A stretch of DNA of 60,825 bases, the filler included, from Sphacelaria rigidula (taxonomy: Eukaryota), in the NCBI GenBank assembly GCA_964200075.2. It is 4 parts of 4 records of this genome, joined end to end, with 100 filler letters (N's around TTAATTAATTAA, not from the genome) between each part and the next. Parts side by side here need not be neighbours in the genome. Positions count along the whole stretch, not along the records: positions 1 to 15,133 come from CAXNAA020001892.1; 3 more parts are not named here. The stretch is one strand, 5' to 3'. The position numbers were made by a program, and so were the translations under genes. The notes below the pieces were generated by a model, which had not been told where the DNA came from, did no database searches, and saw only the letters and a list, made by a program, of their open reading frames with translations. The stretch's first letter is position 1; each line of letters opens with the position of its first letter. This document shows, in pieces, positions 1-11,362 of this stretch.

Positions 1-244
1 AAAACACTGTTTGCTGCCGTTGGCATCGGCGCAGGCGCTCGCGGCCACGAGAAGACACAACGAACCATACGACTTGTGAGAATGAACCGTCACGGGGGGA
101 ACCACGTGGTGCACCCGTCGTAATACCCACCGACGATCTGTCGGGAGGTTTCGGACAGAGTGCCCTCCCCCGCCGCTTTTCCGAATTGCAATTTCTCGAA
201 AATCAACAATCTTCTTGTCATTTTTGTTGACGATGTCATGTGTA

Positions 245-495
245 GACACCTGTTACGATACCCCCCCTTCAAAACCAGCCCAAAAGTGTCACGAAAAAAT
301 TGGCCATACAGCGCCTGATGTTTGAGTTCAGGCTGCATGAAGCGCCTCGTATTGGCAACATTGGCGAGAACGAACCCAAGCGTGGGAATCCCCAGCTGCT
401 CGTTGCGGTCGGCGTTTCCCATTTCGATTCACGTGAAGATTTTGCCTTCCGACACCATACACTTTTGGGGGGGGGGGGCTGTCGTAGAAAGTGTC
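245..495. mobile_element. MITE with GACAC...GTGTC terminal inverted repeats and 4-bp TSD (TGTA)
   Basis: Left GACACCTGTTACGATACCCCCC pairs with right GGGGGGCTGTCGTAGAAAGTGTC. TGTA occurs at 241-244 and 496-499. Homologous copies start at 30213 and 33891. Confidence 0.85.
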
Positions 496-1815
496 TGTAC
501 TCGACACTATGTAACATGTTTATGAAGAGACACCGACAAGAAGTAAGAGGCTGGTGAGATTCGCGAGGTTTGTGTATTTGCTTTCGCTCCTTGCCCGCTA
601 CTCCGTCCCGATGGCCTTGGATGCCGGCCACCCTCACGCGCATCAGTGCACATCAGCGCACGGTAGCAGCCTGCAGCCCTGGTAACCACTATAGTTCACG
701 CCTTGCAAATCATGCTCCATCTCAAGGTGGATACTCCAGGCCCACGACGCTCAACACAATAGGTCATCATGATAAGTCATGAGTGTGCGGTCGCCATGCC
801 AACGATCCCCGTAGAGGGTAGCTGACTGCAACCGCTAACGCGTGAGAAATCAACTAGGGGACAGGGGGAGGAATGCGCCTACCGCCCCCCTCAACGACTC
901 GAACCTTCGACCTTGGGTCCAAAAACATTTTCGTAGCAGATTCCTCTATCCACGCACATGATTCGTGGCTCAATCATACACGAGTGCCAGCCTCCTCATG
1001 TCAGGGCATGCACAACTCATCGAGCATCGTCCGTGTTGGACATGCGTTTGTAACACCACCATCAACACCTCATGCACAAGTCGTACAATCGCTCGTCAAG
1101 CTTAATGTCTTTGACAACAATTCAGCCGACGTCACAATGTAGCACATACAAACAACGTGGAACAATAGAAATGAGAAGATCGCACTCGCTGCAGTCAACA
1201 CTATACACAATGCAGTGACGTATTTAGAACGAGGGGGGCGATGCCGTCAATTCGGCGGTGCTGCGGGAATCAAATCACCACCCTTTCTCAGAACACCATG
1301 ATACACTACAAGGGTCAATGCCCGAAAAAAAGCACCAGCATGCGGACGTGATGGTCACCGCCGACCGCACCATCGCAGCCCACCCTACACCTATAAGACA
1401 TAATACAGTCACCCTCCCGACTCCTGCACACCCCTCGTCTACTGTACGACTCTTGGCCTTCGTCCAACGAAAGTCCTCCAGCGCGATTCTTCCTTCTGCT
1501 TGCAGCATACCGTGATGAGGCGAGAGTGTAAGGGCCAACAGCACACGGGGTGTTTTGTGAGTTTTCGATACTCGATGGCGGAAGATTGTCGGCAACAGTG
1601 GAGGCACGTGAATAGGAATTTTGCTGATCCGTAGCAAGGAGCACGCGAGAATCGTGGGCCGACGGCGACGTGCATCGTCTGCCGTCTTACTCATGTCATC
1701 AGCACCTGTCACCCCGTGGAAGAGTGGCCGCACACCATGCAACAAATTAAACAAAAAGTGCAACTCGCCTCCACACACCATCGAAATGCCCCATGCACAA
1801 CAGAATGAAACTTAC

Positions 1816-4800
1816 AGTCGTCGCGCTTCTCGCTGTTTTTCTTGTCTTCCTTCTTGTCCTTGCCCCTCTTGCCGCCCCTCCTCTTGCCATTCCTCCCCTT
1901 CTTGCAGCAGTCGCGCCTGTCGCAGTCACCGTTGCATGTGATGTCTCCACCGACAGACTTGAACCCCTTGGGACAGCGGTAGTCGCGGCACTTCTCATTT
2001 TCTGCCACAGCCAGAGGGAACCACAAGTACGCCCAGTGTGAGACATCAATAGCTAGTGGTGTCCCCATCGCAGCAGTTGTCGATTGCAATGTTCAAAATT
2101 GACTTTTGCGACGCCGTATGCGGCGGGTGGTTCGCTCTGACGGGGTAGCAGTTTCCTCGTGCCCTCATTCGAAGTTGATCCCGTGATTTCCTCGCAACGC
2201 CTCCGCACTGTAAACACTTCCGATGGCAGACAGCCTTCTCTGAGTTCAACGCATGGTGAAGCCAACCCCGGCGAAGCGTGATGTGAGTTCTAGAAGGGTG
2301 ACGACAGCATGAATGCCTCACTCGCTGTGCCAGTACAGCGGCACCTTGCAACAAATTTACGGCACAGACTGGTTCTCGATAGCGTTTCAGTTTGCACGTT
2401 CGACCTGCGGTTCAAACTAAGGCATGGGCCACAACTGCAGGTGTTGGCTCACCAGGATTGCCCGAGCGACGAGTCTCACAAATGCCTCGACTTCTCATCG
2501 TCAAACAGTGTATCATGGCGCTCTTGAAACAATCAGGTTGGTGCACCAACATATTCGAACATGTTTGACCACACTCCGGAGTTACACAAGCTTCGAACAT
2601 TCGCTTATTTTGAGCGCTCACCTTTTTTGCAGCATTCGCGCTGGTCGCACTTGCCGCGGCATTCCTTGTTACCGAGGCTAGAGAAGCCACGGGGGCAGGT
2701 GAAGTCGTCCTTGCACGTTTTCTTCTCTGTAAAGCAGGTGACGAGCAAGAGCGCCGTCACGCGCATCTATCTACGCCGGGTAACATTTTCAATATCGTGT
2801 GCTAGCTCGTGTTTGATTGTACCGGCAAGACCATCTTGAATTTTTTTCATGTTCGGCCTGAAGAAAATCCAAAGACGTTCACTCACGTAACCCGACTTCG
2901 ATCCGTCTCGCGATTGAACGATGTGCTTGCACTGATGTGAGGGATGTACGAGCTGCGATACCCCTCCCACATCAGCGGACGACGTCCCAATTGTGCCAGT
3001 CATATCCTTCAGCCGCCATCAAATCTACTGTAGATCGTGATCGTACGTGTGGCTTCCTCCATAAAACTCACCCTTCTCGCAACATTCGCGCTGGTCGCAC
3101 TTGCCGCGGCACTCTCTGTTACCGTGATTAAGGAAGCCGTCAGGGCACCTGAAGTCATCCTTGCACGTCTTCACCTCTGCAACGAACACGTCAACCAACG
3201 CAAGGTCTCGTCCCCACGTTCCAGCAACACTGACATGCCATGTGATACTTGCAGTGGGTGCCTCGAACTCAGTTTCATCAAGTAAGCCACAGACGTGGTA
3301 TTGTTGACGGGACTTCTGGTCATGGTTTTTTGCCTTCAACTTTTTCAAAAACAAAAGGCCGAAGAGTTCCGGCCCCAGACTTAGTTTCGCGTAGACAGAC
3401 TTCAGTCAATCTGTTGCCTGACCTGGTTGGAGAATCTACCATCGAGTAAAGATTGCGTCCCAAGAAGACTCCAGGTGCCCCACACCAGCACATTCGTCAA
3501 CTACTCGAAACAGCTCAATGCCACAACGACCGACTTGGGGGGTACGGGTTCCTCCAGTTGCCTCACCTTTCTCGCAACATTGACGCTTGTCGCACTTGCC
3601 ACGACACTCCTCGTGACCACGGTTAAGAAAGCCGCTGGGGCAGGTGAAGTCGTCCTTGCATGTCTTTTTCTCTGCAATGGGCACGGCAGCTATTGAATGA
3701 GCATCCTCACGGCTGTAGAAATGATATGTTTCCTTGACGGCAAGCGGAAAGTGGTTTGTATAAGCGGGCAGTCTAACCCGTCGTCACAGGGCGCAAGGAC
3801 CTCACCATTCACCGCCCATACCCATAAATCGAACAGCCCGCAGAGGGAGGCAAGAGGCGAAACACATACACGGAAAAGAGTACCTATACTTATCACCATT
3901 ATTCAAGACCGTAATGGTCGTCGTATTGCACTACGCCAAATATAGTGAAACATGCCGACACATCAATCTCTTGGACGGTATCCCAACCGCTGATATTGGT
4001 CCTTTCAGACACCCACCCTTCTCGCAGCATTCGCGCTGGTCGCACTTGCCGCGGCACTCCTTGTTACCGAGGTTGAGGTAGCCATGGGGGCACTTGAAGT
4101 CATCCTTGCATGTCTTTTTCTCTGCGACGGCCATTTGCATTGATAAAGCATCACCCGCGGCGAGTGAGAGTGTCGACAAGTTTTTGCTTGGTCTTGCCGA
4201 TTTGCTCATCATCTAGCGTTGAGGCCGAGTTTAATGAGAATCGTGGTTGACAGCATGGGTGTGACTGATTTGTTGGGCATGTAATGCGCGAGAGGACCGC
4301 GTGTTCAAAGGACCGCACCGCAATTCCAACACCTCTATGGTCAAGGTTGAGGTTAAGGTTGAGGTTTAGGTTGGGGTCAGGGCCGTGCTCCCTGCAGGGA
4401 CTGGCCCGAATGGTATTGAAAAGTCGATACTGAGGTATCAACCGCGGTGCGGTCCTCTCATGCATTACAACGCACATCAGTCGGCTAGATGGGTGTTGCC
4501 TCAACAGCTTGGACCCGATCGGAGACATGGGGAATTGAGGACGTGTGTACTTTCTCCAGACTTCTGCGAGATGCACACCTTTCTCGCAGCATTCGCGCTT
4601 GTCGCACTTGCCACGGCACTTCTTGTCACCGACGTTCAGGAAGCCGCTGGGGCAGGTAAAGTCGTCCTTGCACGTCTTCACCTCTGCGACAAATATGACA
4701 GCCAACGGTTGGGTGGTATCGCGCACAGGCAATATTCACGTGGAAGCCATCACTCGGTACAGGGTACCGGTGCGATCATGGTGGGGGATTTGTATACCAC

Positions 4801-7800
4801 ACTTTTTGCCACAGTTTGTGTGGCCTTCTTTTCCTCAGAATGAACATCAAGTCCCGAGGGATTAACCCATGTTGACCGTGGTGCACGCACGTCATAGAGA
4901 CGTATGTCGCACAAGGTCGGCACCCCCATATCCCCATATCGTGTCCGCTGTCACGTCAAACCCGCCTTGGTGGCACGTCCTCACTTCCGCGGGTGAGGGC
5001 AAAAATCACAGCATTTCCATTCAAAATTCCAAGTACATCTGTCGGGAGCGGAACCCGCAACTCTCCGATGTGTCGGTGTAGTTTGTGCCACCGGACTACC
5101 GGGTCCCGACGGAAAAGCACCAAAACGTTCATGTACTCTCAGGTATACGTCACGATGTTTCACTTGTACTGAGTGTACTGCGCGTATCGGGGGCCAATTC
5201 GCACAGATTTTTTCGCTCACTTCTACCAGCCGAACTCGATAGAACAGCAGTCAGGGGCGTTTATTGCGTAATTCTCTCACCCTTCTCGCAACATTCCCGC
5301 TGGTCGCAAAGACCGCGGCACTCCTTGTCTCCGCGGTTCAGGTAGCCAGGGGGGCACTTGAAGTCTTCCTTGCACGTCTCCTTCTCTGTGATGGTCAAGT
5401 GTACGATAAACGTAATGAGTTCACCACGCGCCGACCAAGTCGTCACTAATTCCACAGCCACCGGGCTTGCACCGCCTCCGTATCCAGTCTGAAAAAACGA
5501 ATGTCATGAGGTGTCGCGAGCTCCACGAAAATTCGTTTTTTCAACTCCATCTTTGAACTTCCACTGTTTACTACGGATCAAACGTCCGCGTGGATTTATG
5601 CTACTCTCAAACCCTCATCGAGTTTGGAAAGAGGAGGGGCATATCCAACACGAGGTAACCGTCTATGGTTCAATCAGTAGGACCAGATTCGACCCCTCCA
5701 ATGTCGCTCACCTTTGTAGCAACACTCGTACTTGTCACACTTCCCGCTGCATTTTTTGCGGTCGTTACCGATTGGCGTCCAGTCGCGTGGGCACGAAAAA
5801 TGCTTGCATTTTTCGCGCTGCCAAGTGGTGGGTGAGCGAAACGGTATAGAAAACGGGCAATTGGCATAAAGTCATTTGATCAGTAAGGTCCTGTGATCAC
5901 CGCAAACGTCATCATGGAAATGTCGAAGGTGAAGTCACACAATGGTGTCGAGTCATCCTCCAGACTCCTGCACTGCACCTAGGCCACGCGCGGCTGCGGT
6001 ACTCCGTGAAGCGTAGGGAGAACTTCCGACGCATGCTTGCTCAATCATGACGAAGGACAGTAGTGAGCGGGATTCACAATATACAGTAGTGCCGGTGTTC
6101 ACGGATAAAAATATTAAATGCCAAGTTCCAGTGCTTTTCAGGAAAAACGTCGATGCAAAGGTTCGTCAAACGTATATTTCGTAGGCCTCAAGATTGAAAA
6201 TTCGAGTTGTTGAGGGGGGAACATCTATCCTGCTGCCCCCTAGGTTCTTGCCGAGGCGTTAGAGGATGCGGTCAGTTGCGGTGTGCCTTGGCGTGCAGAC
6301 TGCTGAGATGACGGAGCACGGCCAGCATGATAACATTCATTGGATCGTGTTCCGTGCTGTGTGCCTTGGCCTTCCTCCACTTGCAGTCCGGGCAGATTTG
6401 GCGAGGCATGAGATGATACACACGCGGCCATTCGGTTACCTCCTTAAAATCCTCCATCACGATTTCCATCCTCTCGGGGGTAAAGTTACCTCGGGAGGAT
6501 CACAATACCCTTTATGAGGGCGTTTCATGCTCGGTTCCGGTCATAAAACGAACCCTCTGGAGGGCATCCGATGCTCAAGTGACTTCTGCGGTCTGAATTC
6601 CTCCGGAGTGCCACAAATATGGTGCTCCAGAGTACGTGGTTTTCGTGAACGTCCCTCAGAGGGAAATATGAACGGCAGAGGGAAATATGCGCATCATTCC
6701 TCTGGCGGAAGGACCGACTGTGGCCTTCAAGGCATTTGTTGCGACTCCGAAAGACACAGCCGTGCAGTATCCTCCAGATTTTACATTTACACTTGTGCAC
6801 TCGTGTCCTGATAGCTGCTTCCAGGCGATCTTCGAGACCATCACGCCAGGAAAAATACAGACATCACCCCCCGTTCACATATCGAATTCACTCGAAAAAT
6901 GCTCCACTTTGGTGTTCGAATGGTGAACACCGGACTACGGGGTTTCCACTTTTCTAAATATCATGCCTGTGTGTACATACACATTCGCAATCGGTGTATG
7001 GGATTTGAAAGCAATCGAGGCTGTCCAAGACCTCAATCCGCTTAGCCCAAGATAAAAATGGGGAGCAAGAGGATGTGTTCTCAACGACTTCCGTTGTCTC
7101 TCGACAATTTCCTCCTCGACAGACCCTTGGTCAGGGGGAGAGTTTATACAGTATTGCACCCCCTCGGTATTAGATGCCCCCCACATACATCTGTTCTTGT
7201 GCTTTGTTTCCTCGAAGTTTACAAATTTCTGTCTCCTGCGACCAATTCCAATGGACCCGGAATGATCACCCTGAAACAGCGTCCCAGAAGTGTCGTGCAG
7301 TCGTTTGCCAATGACCTACTTTTTCAAGCATGTGAAGGCTTTGGCGGCCCGTAAAGTCTCACAGCTTCTGAATTTGAAACAAGCGTACGAATCTGGCGCA
7401 TGGTCATGGGCAAGAGCAGAGCCCACCCGAAAGTACGAAAATGAGCTGCCATGAAAGTGACAGCACGACTTTTGACCTACAGTCTTTGTTGGACTGTGTG
7501 TGCTTGTTATACCATCTATTTTGAACGCTAGTTTGCGGTACCTGCCGATAGCACACAGGATCAAAGCCAACGTGGCAGTTCTTGTACCAACGACATACAG
7601 CACTTTACGCCGTTGGTCAAGTGTGAAAAAATTCGAAGTCATCAGAACGTCAGGAGGCGAAATCACACAACTAAGCCACCGAAGCAACCAACGGTTGTTG
7701 GACTGCTCAACGAAGTCAAGGCCGAATCAGCCTAACAGTCAAAATTGAGGATGGGGCTTTTCATGGAGAATGGAACCCCACCAGAACATGCAAATCCAGA

Positions 7801-10800
7801 ACCAAACCAAATCTTTGCAATATGGTTCCATGCCTCCATCTACCGGTAGCTTTTGACGACCGCTACGCGCCGTACATATATATTCGGATTTCACACCCCG
7901 AGATGCTGAGGTCACCGAAATGAAGGAACAAGTTCGGGGAATTTTGGAGACCCGATCGGATCGTCGAATTATCTCGAAACTGATTCCTTATTCAGGACCT
8001 CAGCGTTTCGGTTGTTCAAATCTTCATGTGTATGATATGGAGTACTTCTCAAGCTACCAGTAGGTTAAGAAGTGCAACAACATTTCGAAGATTTGGTGTC
8101 GATAAGAAGTTTTTCATGTTCCGGGTTCTCGTCCTCGCAAAAAGTTCATCCTCAATTTCGATGTTTGCTGTTGAGTCATGCTACAATGAGGGGGGGGCGG
8201 AATTTTCGCCGTCTTCGACGAAATTCCTCCTCGATCACTGTTGTAAGCAGCCAATAGTCGTTCGAATGCCATTTCATAAGCTCCACACCGCCTTTACCCA
8301 AATACCCAAATACAAGCGCACCGCGAGTGATTCAGGTCGTTTGAGGCATTTACGAACACATTTTTGCGTGAAATTCAACAACTCCCCCCCCCCCCCCCCC
8401 TCAGCCTACACCCCCCCCCCCCCCCCCCCCCCCCCCAGTCNNNNNNNNNNCCAAACACCAGCGCACCCGGAGTGCGTCAGGTCGTTTGGGGCATTTCCGA
8501 ACACATTTTTGCGGGAAATTCAACAACCCCCCCCCCCCCCATTGCAGCACACACGCGGCCATTCGGCCAACCCCCGAAGAGTCCGTTCCGGTCAACGTTT
8601 TGATTTCAACGCCTTTTGAAGGTGCGCTAGCCTCCAGAGGGGTGGGATCGAACGCCTCCAGAGGCTTATTTTGCCTCTGCAGGGCCGCGCACCCTCTGGA
8701 GGAACTTGGAGGATGCGCATCTCTCCAGATCATGTGTGCTACTCTCGGGGGATTCAGACCTCACTGGAGCATCATATTTCCACCAGATGATTCGACACCA
8801 TCCTCCGGGTCATTTCACCCTCGAGAGGATGAATCGCGATGAAGGATGTTCATGGGGGTAGTCGACTAGCCACGTGTGTGTGGCTTTCGTTATCAACTGC
8901 ATGACCATCAGTTTGAAAAAGCAACCGAGCGGGGGCTCCATCCTCCTCGAGCGACACAAGTTCGTGTATGCTAGACCTGATATCATTGCTTTTTGTTCGC
9001 TGTCTCCCCTCATCATGTGTTTCTGCCTGGGGAGGCGCCACTGATTGAATTTGGTGCGGACTATTTCCCCCCAGTTTCGGACTCCTCCCATTTTCCCCTC
9101 ACGATTTTGCCACCAACACATGAATCAGAATACTGTTTGTTTTCGCCAATCCGTATGGTTTACCGGGGCAACATGGGCTGGGAGCATGCACACGGTGTCG
9201 TGGGCAACGTGTACGCAAAAGCTCACATTGGTACCCTAGGCGCCGGTTCGAGCTCACAAACCCGTCCTGCACACGCTCGAGAACACCGAGGACCATCAAT
9301 CCCCAAAATATCCGAAAGTGAAGCAGAAATAGCAGAATTCTCATACAGGCTAGACTTTTGATCAATTTCAAGAGGGATCACAGATATCTCCACAGCTGTG
9401 GCCCTGAAATTTATTTTCGGCACTCAGTGCAGCACTGCAAAATCGGAATTCGGTAGAAATACCAAAAAAGACCTCGTCGACAACACTCGGAGAAATCTTT
9501 TCCACGTTTTTGTGAGGCCAGACCTCATCACGGATCGAAAAACGCGATTGTAAGGCTCTAGTGCAATGAACACGTCAAAATGACCACAGACTGTCGTTGT
9601 TCAACCTAAAACGATTGAAATTGATGTGATCGAGTAAAAATGCCGAAGAGTCACAACCTGGGAATAAGGTCACGGGACTCTACTTCACCGATACGCTCGT
9701 GAGCCGCCCGTCATTGATTGCCGGTGAGATTTTTGTTCAATGTGTGGCGATTACAAAAATCTCCTCACCATAAAACTTGGGATCAAACGTTCCCTGTGAT
9801 GATGCTATCGAAAACTGGGAAAACTACTCGTACGAAGATTACGAAATCGCTTAGCACAACAGGTCAGGACTATTACATCACATCAAAAATATCTGTGAAC
9901 TCATTTTCACATTCACCACTTAGACAGCCCAAGCCGCCATGACGAAACGCATTCTCGCATCGTTTGCGGATTGGAGTATGATTGTGGGTGAGAATTATAC
10001 TGCACGGTACCTTGCGGCCACGAGAGCCTAGGCGGCGATGCGTAAATGCCGGGTCAAATTCCTCCCCATTGGTGATGCCATGCTCCCCGCCTGAAAGCAC
10101 GAGGGGGCGAGAGGACACGAGAAATAAAGACGGCCAGAAGTTGGGTAGACGGATGATCGAACGAGCGTGAAACGCGGTGGGGATGAGGCACTCGATGAAG
10201 CCTTTCCAACAGACACATGATGCATCGCTTTATCATTAGCATGTTCCACTGTATTCGAGTAGTGTTCGCTTTCCCCCCCAAGGTGTGCTGACTGTGTGGT
10301 CTGATCCCATAAAACCCTGGCGCCAAATAAGTCTGTGTCTGTTGTATCCTTCGTGTGGGACACATACCCCGTTTTTTCACGTAAAAATATCCAAGATTTT
10401 CGGCATCGCCAGGTGAGGCGGGGTCTCATGAGAAGTGGTTACCACCTTCCAAGAAATCACTTTTGTGATGAGCGATCGATGACTGATTGCTGAGATACCC
10501 CCCCCCAGAGAAGAGCAAAATTTGATTTGTACAAAAGTGATTTCAGGGCGTGGAAAAAAAACTTCCTCAAATCACGTGTGTACAAATTATTTTTGGGACC
10601 CTTCGAAGGGTAACATAAAAACATCTCCTTGACAGGGGCCTAACCGAGGTCAAGACAGACACCTCGACACGATCATACGTGAACCGGAGGATCGTATTAC
10701 CCTCCTAAACAATATGCACCACTCCATTCATTGCTGCTCATCGGCTGAGCACGCTGTGCGTGACCTTGCTCAGATCGGTTCAGAATTCAGTGAAAAATGA

Positions 10801-11362
10801 TTGCGTGAGACGCGCGCACAGCACACGCTTAAAAACAGTCAGCAACAACAGCACGTTTTCGGTTGCTACCTGACCCGCACACGGCCACCTTTTCATCCAC
10901 TACTGGATGGCTTTCCGTCGAACATGGGCTGTCGAGCGTAGATGATCAGGGTGTCTCATTTCGAGATTCCCGGTGTTTTTCATAGTAGTACAGCCAGCTC
11001 AGACTTAATTCCGCGTATCCTTGACTGGAGGTGTTTGACTGTACGCTACTGTGAAACATGGTGGGAATCTTGAGTTTGAGATGCCTTGAGTGAGGAAAGT
11101 CATTCATTGTGCAGCTCAGTAGCGAAACGCACAAGAATGATGGATGACAACAGCTAGCGAGGAGGTTCCGTTCGTACTAGCCCACGTGGAGTATCGTAAT
11201 TACTCGTGGAGAGACTCGTATACATGTTAAGCGGTCACTACCGCTCAGAATAAATCCCGCTCGACACTATTCGCACTACCAACCTTCCGGTCCAACAGCA
11301 ACGGCGGGTGGCGATGCCAGCATCAGCAGAAAAAAAGTCGCTGCCTCCCCTATGATCTTCAT
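1816..11362 (-). CDS. Spliced gene for a predicted secreted protein with 8 tandem 6-cysteine modules (one per exon) and a Lys/Arg-rich tail; terminal exon not resolved
   Basis: Phase-compatible GT-AG exons on the minus strand: 11362-11284 (MKIIGEAATFFLLMLASPPAVAVGPE, signal-peptide-like, ends phase 1); 10090-10011 (GGEHGITNGEEFDPAFTHRRLGSRGRK, phase 1->0); 5817-5712 (REKCKHFSCPRDWTPIGNDRKKCSGKCDKYECCYK, 0->1); 5385-5281, 4683-4579, 4121-4017, 3671-3567, 3176-3072, 2726-2622 (105 bp each, 1->1); 2001-1816 (ENEKCRDYRCPKGFKSVGGDITCNGDCDRRDCCKKGRNGKRRGGKRGKDKKEDKKNSEKRDD, ends at GTAAGT). Repeat exons are certain; linking the two 5' exons is inferred from phase and content. Confidence 0.75.
2622..5385 (-). 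repeat. Array of six near-identical 105-bp symmetric (phase 1-1) exons encoding E-x-K-T-C-K-D-D-F-x-C-P-x-G-F/Y-L-N-x-G-x-K-E-C-R-G-K-C-D-x-R-E-C-C-E-K
   Basis: Each copy is bounded by CAG and GTG splice sites and is exactly 105 bp. Spacing is about 450-700 bp, and the intervening introns show no similarity by eye. Confidence 0.92.
4280..4469. mobile_element. Short TIR element (TGTAATGC...GCATTACA) with internal degenerate telomere-like hexamers, inside an intron of the Cys-repeat gene
   Basis: TGTAATGCGCGAGAGGACCGC pairs with GCGGTCCTCTCATGCATTACA. The interior contains GGTTGAGGTTAAGGTTGAGGTTTAGG. A second copy lies at about 25097-25292. Confidence 0.75.
6419..7110. mobile_element. Truncated copy of CACAC-terminal DNA transposon family (opposite orientation to 20981-23268)
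   Basis: Starts CACACGCGGCCATTCGG. 6419-6900 aligns with the reverse complement of 22330-23268 (minus an insertion), and 6900-7110 with the reverse complement of about 21420-21700. The right boundary is approximate. Confidence 0.75.
8550..8878. mobile_element. 329-bp non-autonomous derivative of the CACAC-terminal family
   Basis: TIRs CACACGCGGCCATTCGG / TCGACTAGCCACGTGTG. Subterminal sequences resemble the two ends of 20981-23268. Confidence 0.7.

Noticed and set aside
2622-5385. Regularly interspaced repeats superficially like a CRISPR array
   Set aside because: Units are 105-bp coding exons with splice sites and long variable introns in a eukaryote.
8310-8545. Two ~75-bp direct repeats with poly-C around a 10-N gap
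   Set aside because: May be overlapping contig ends at a homopolymer; cannot be distinguished from an artefact.
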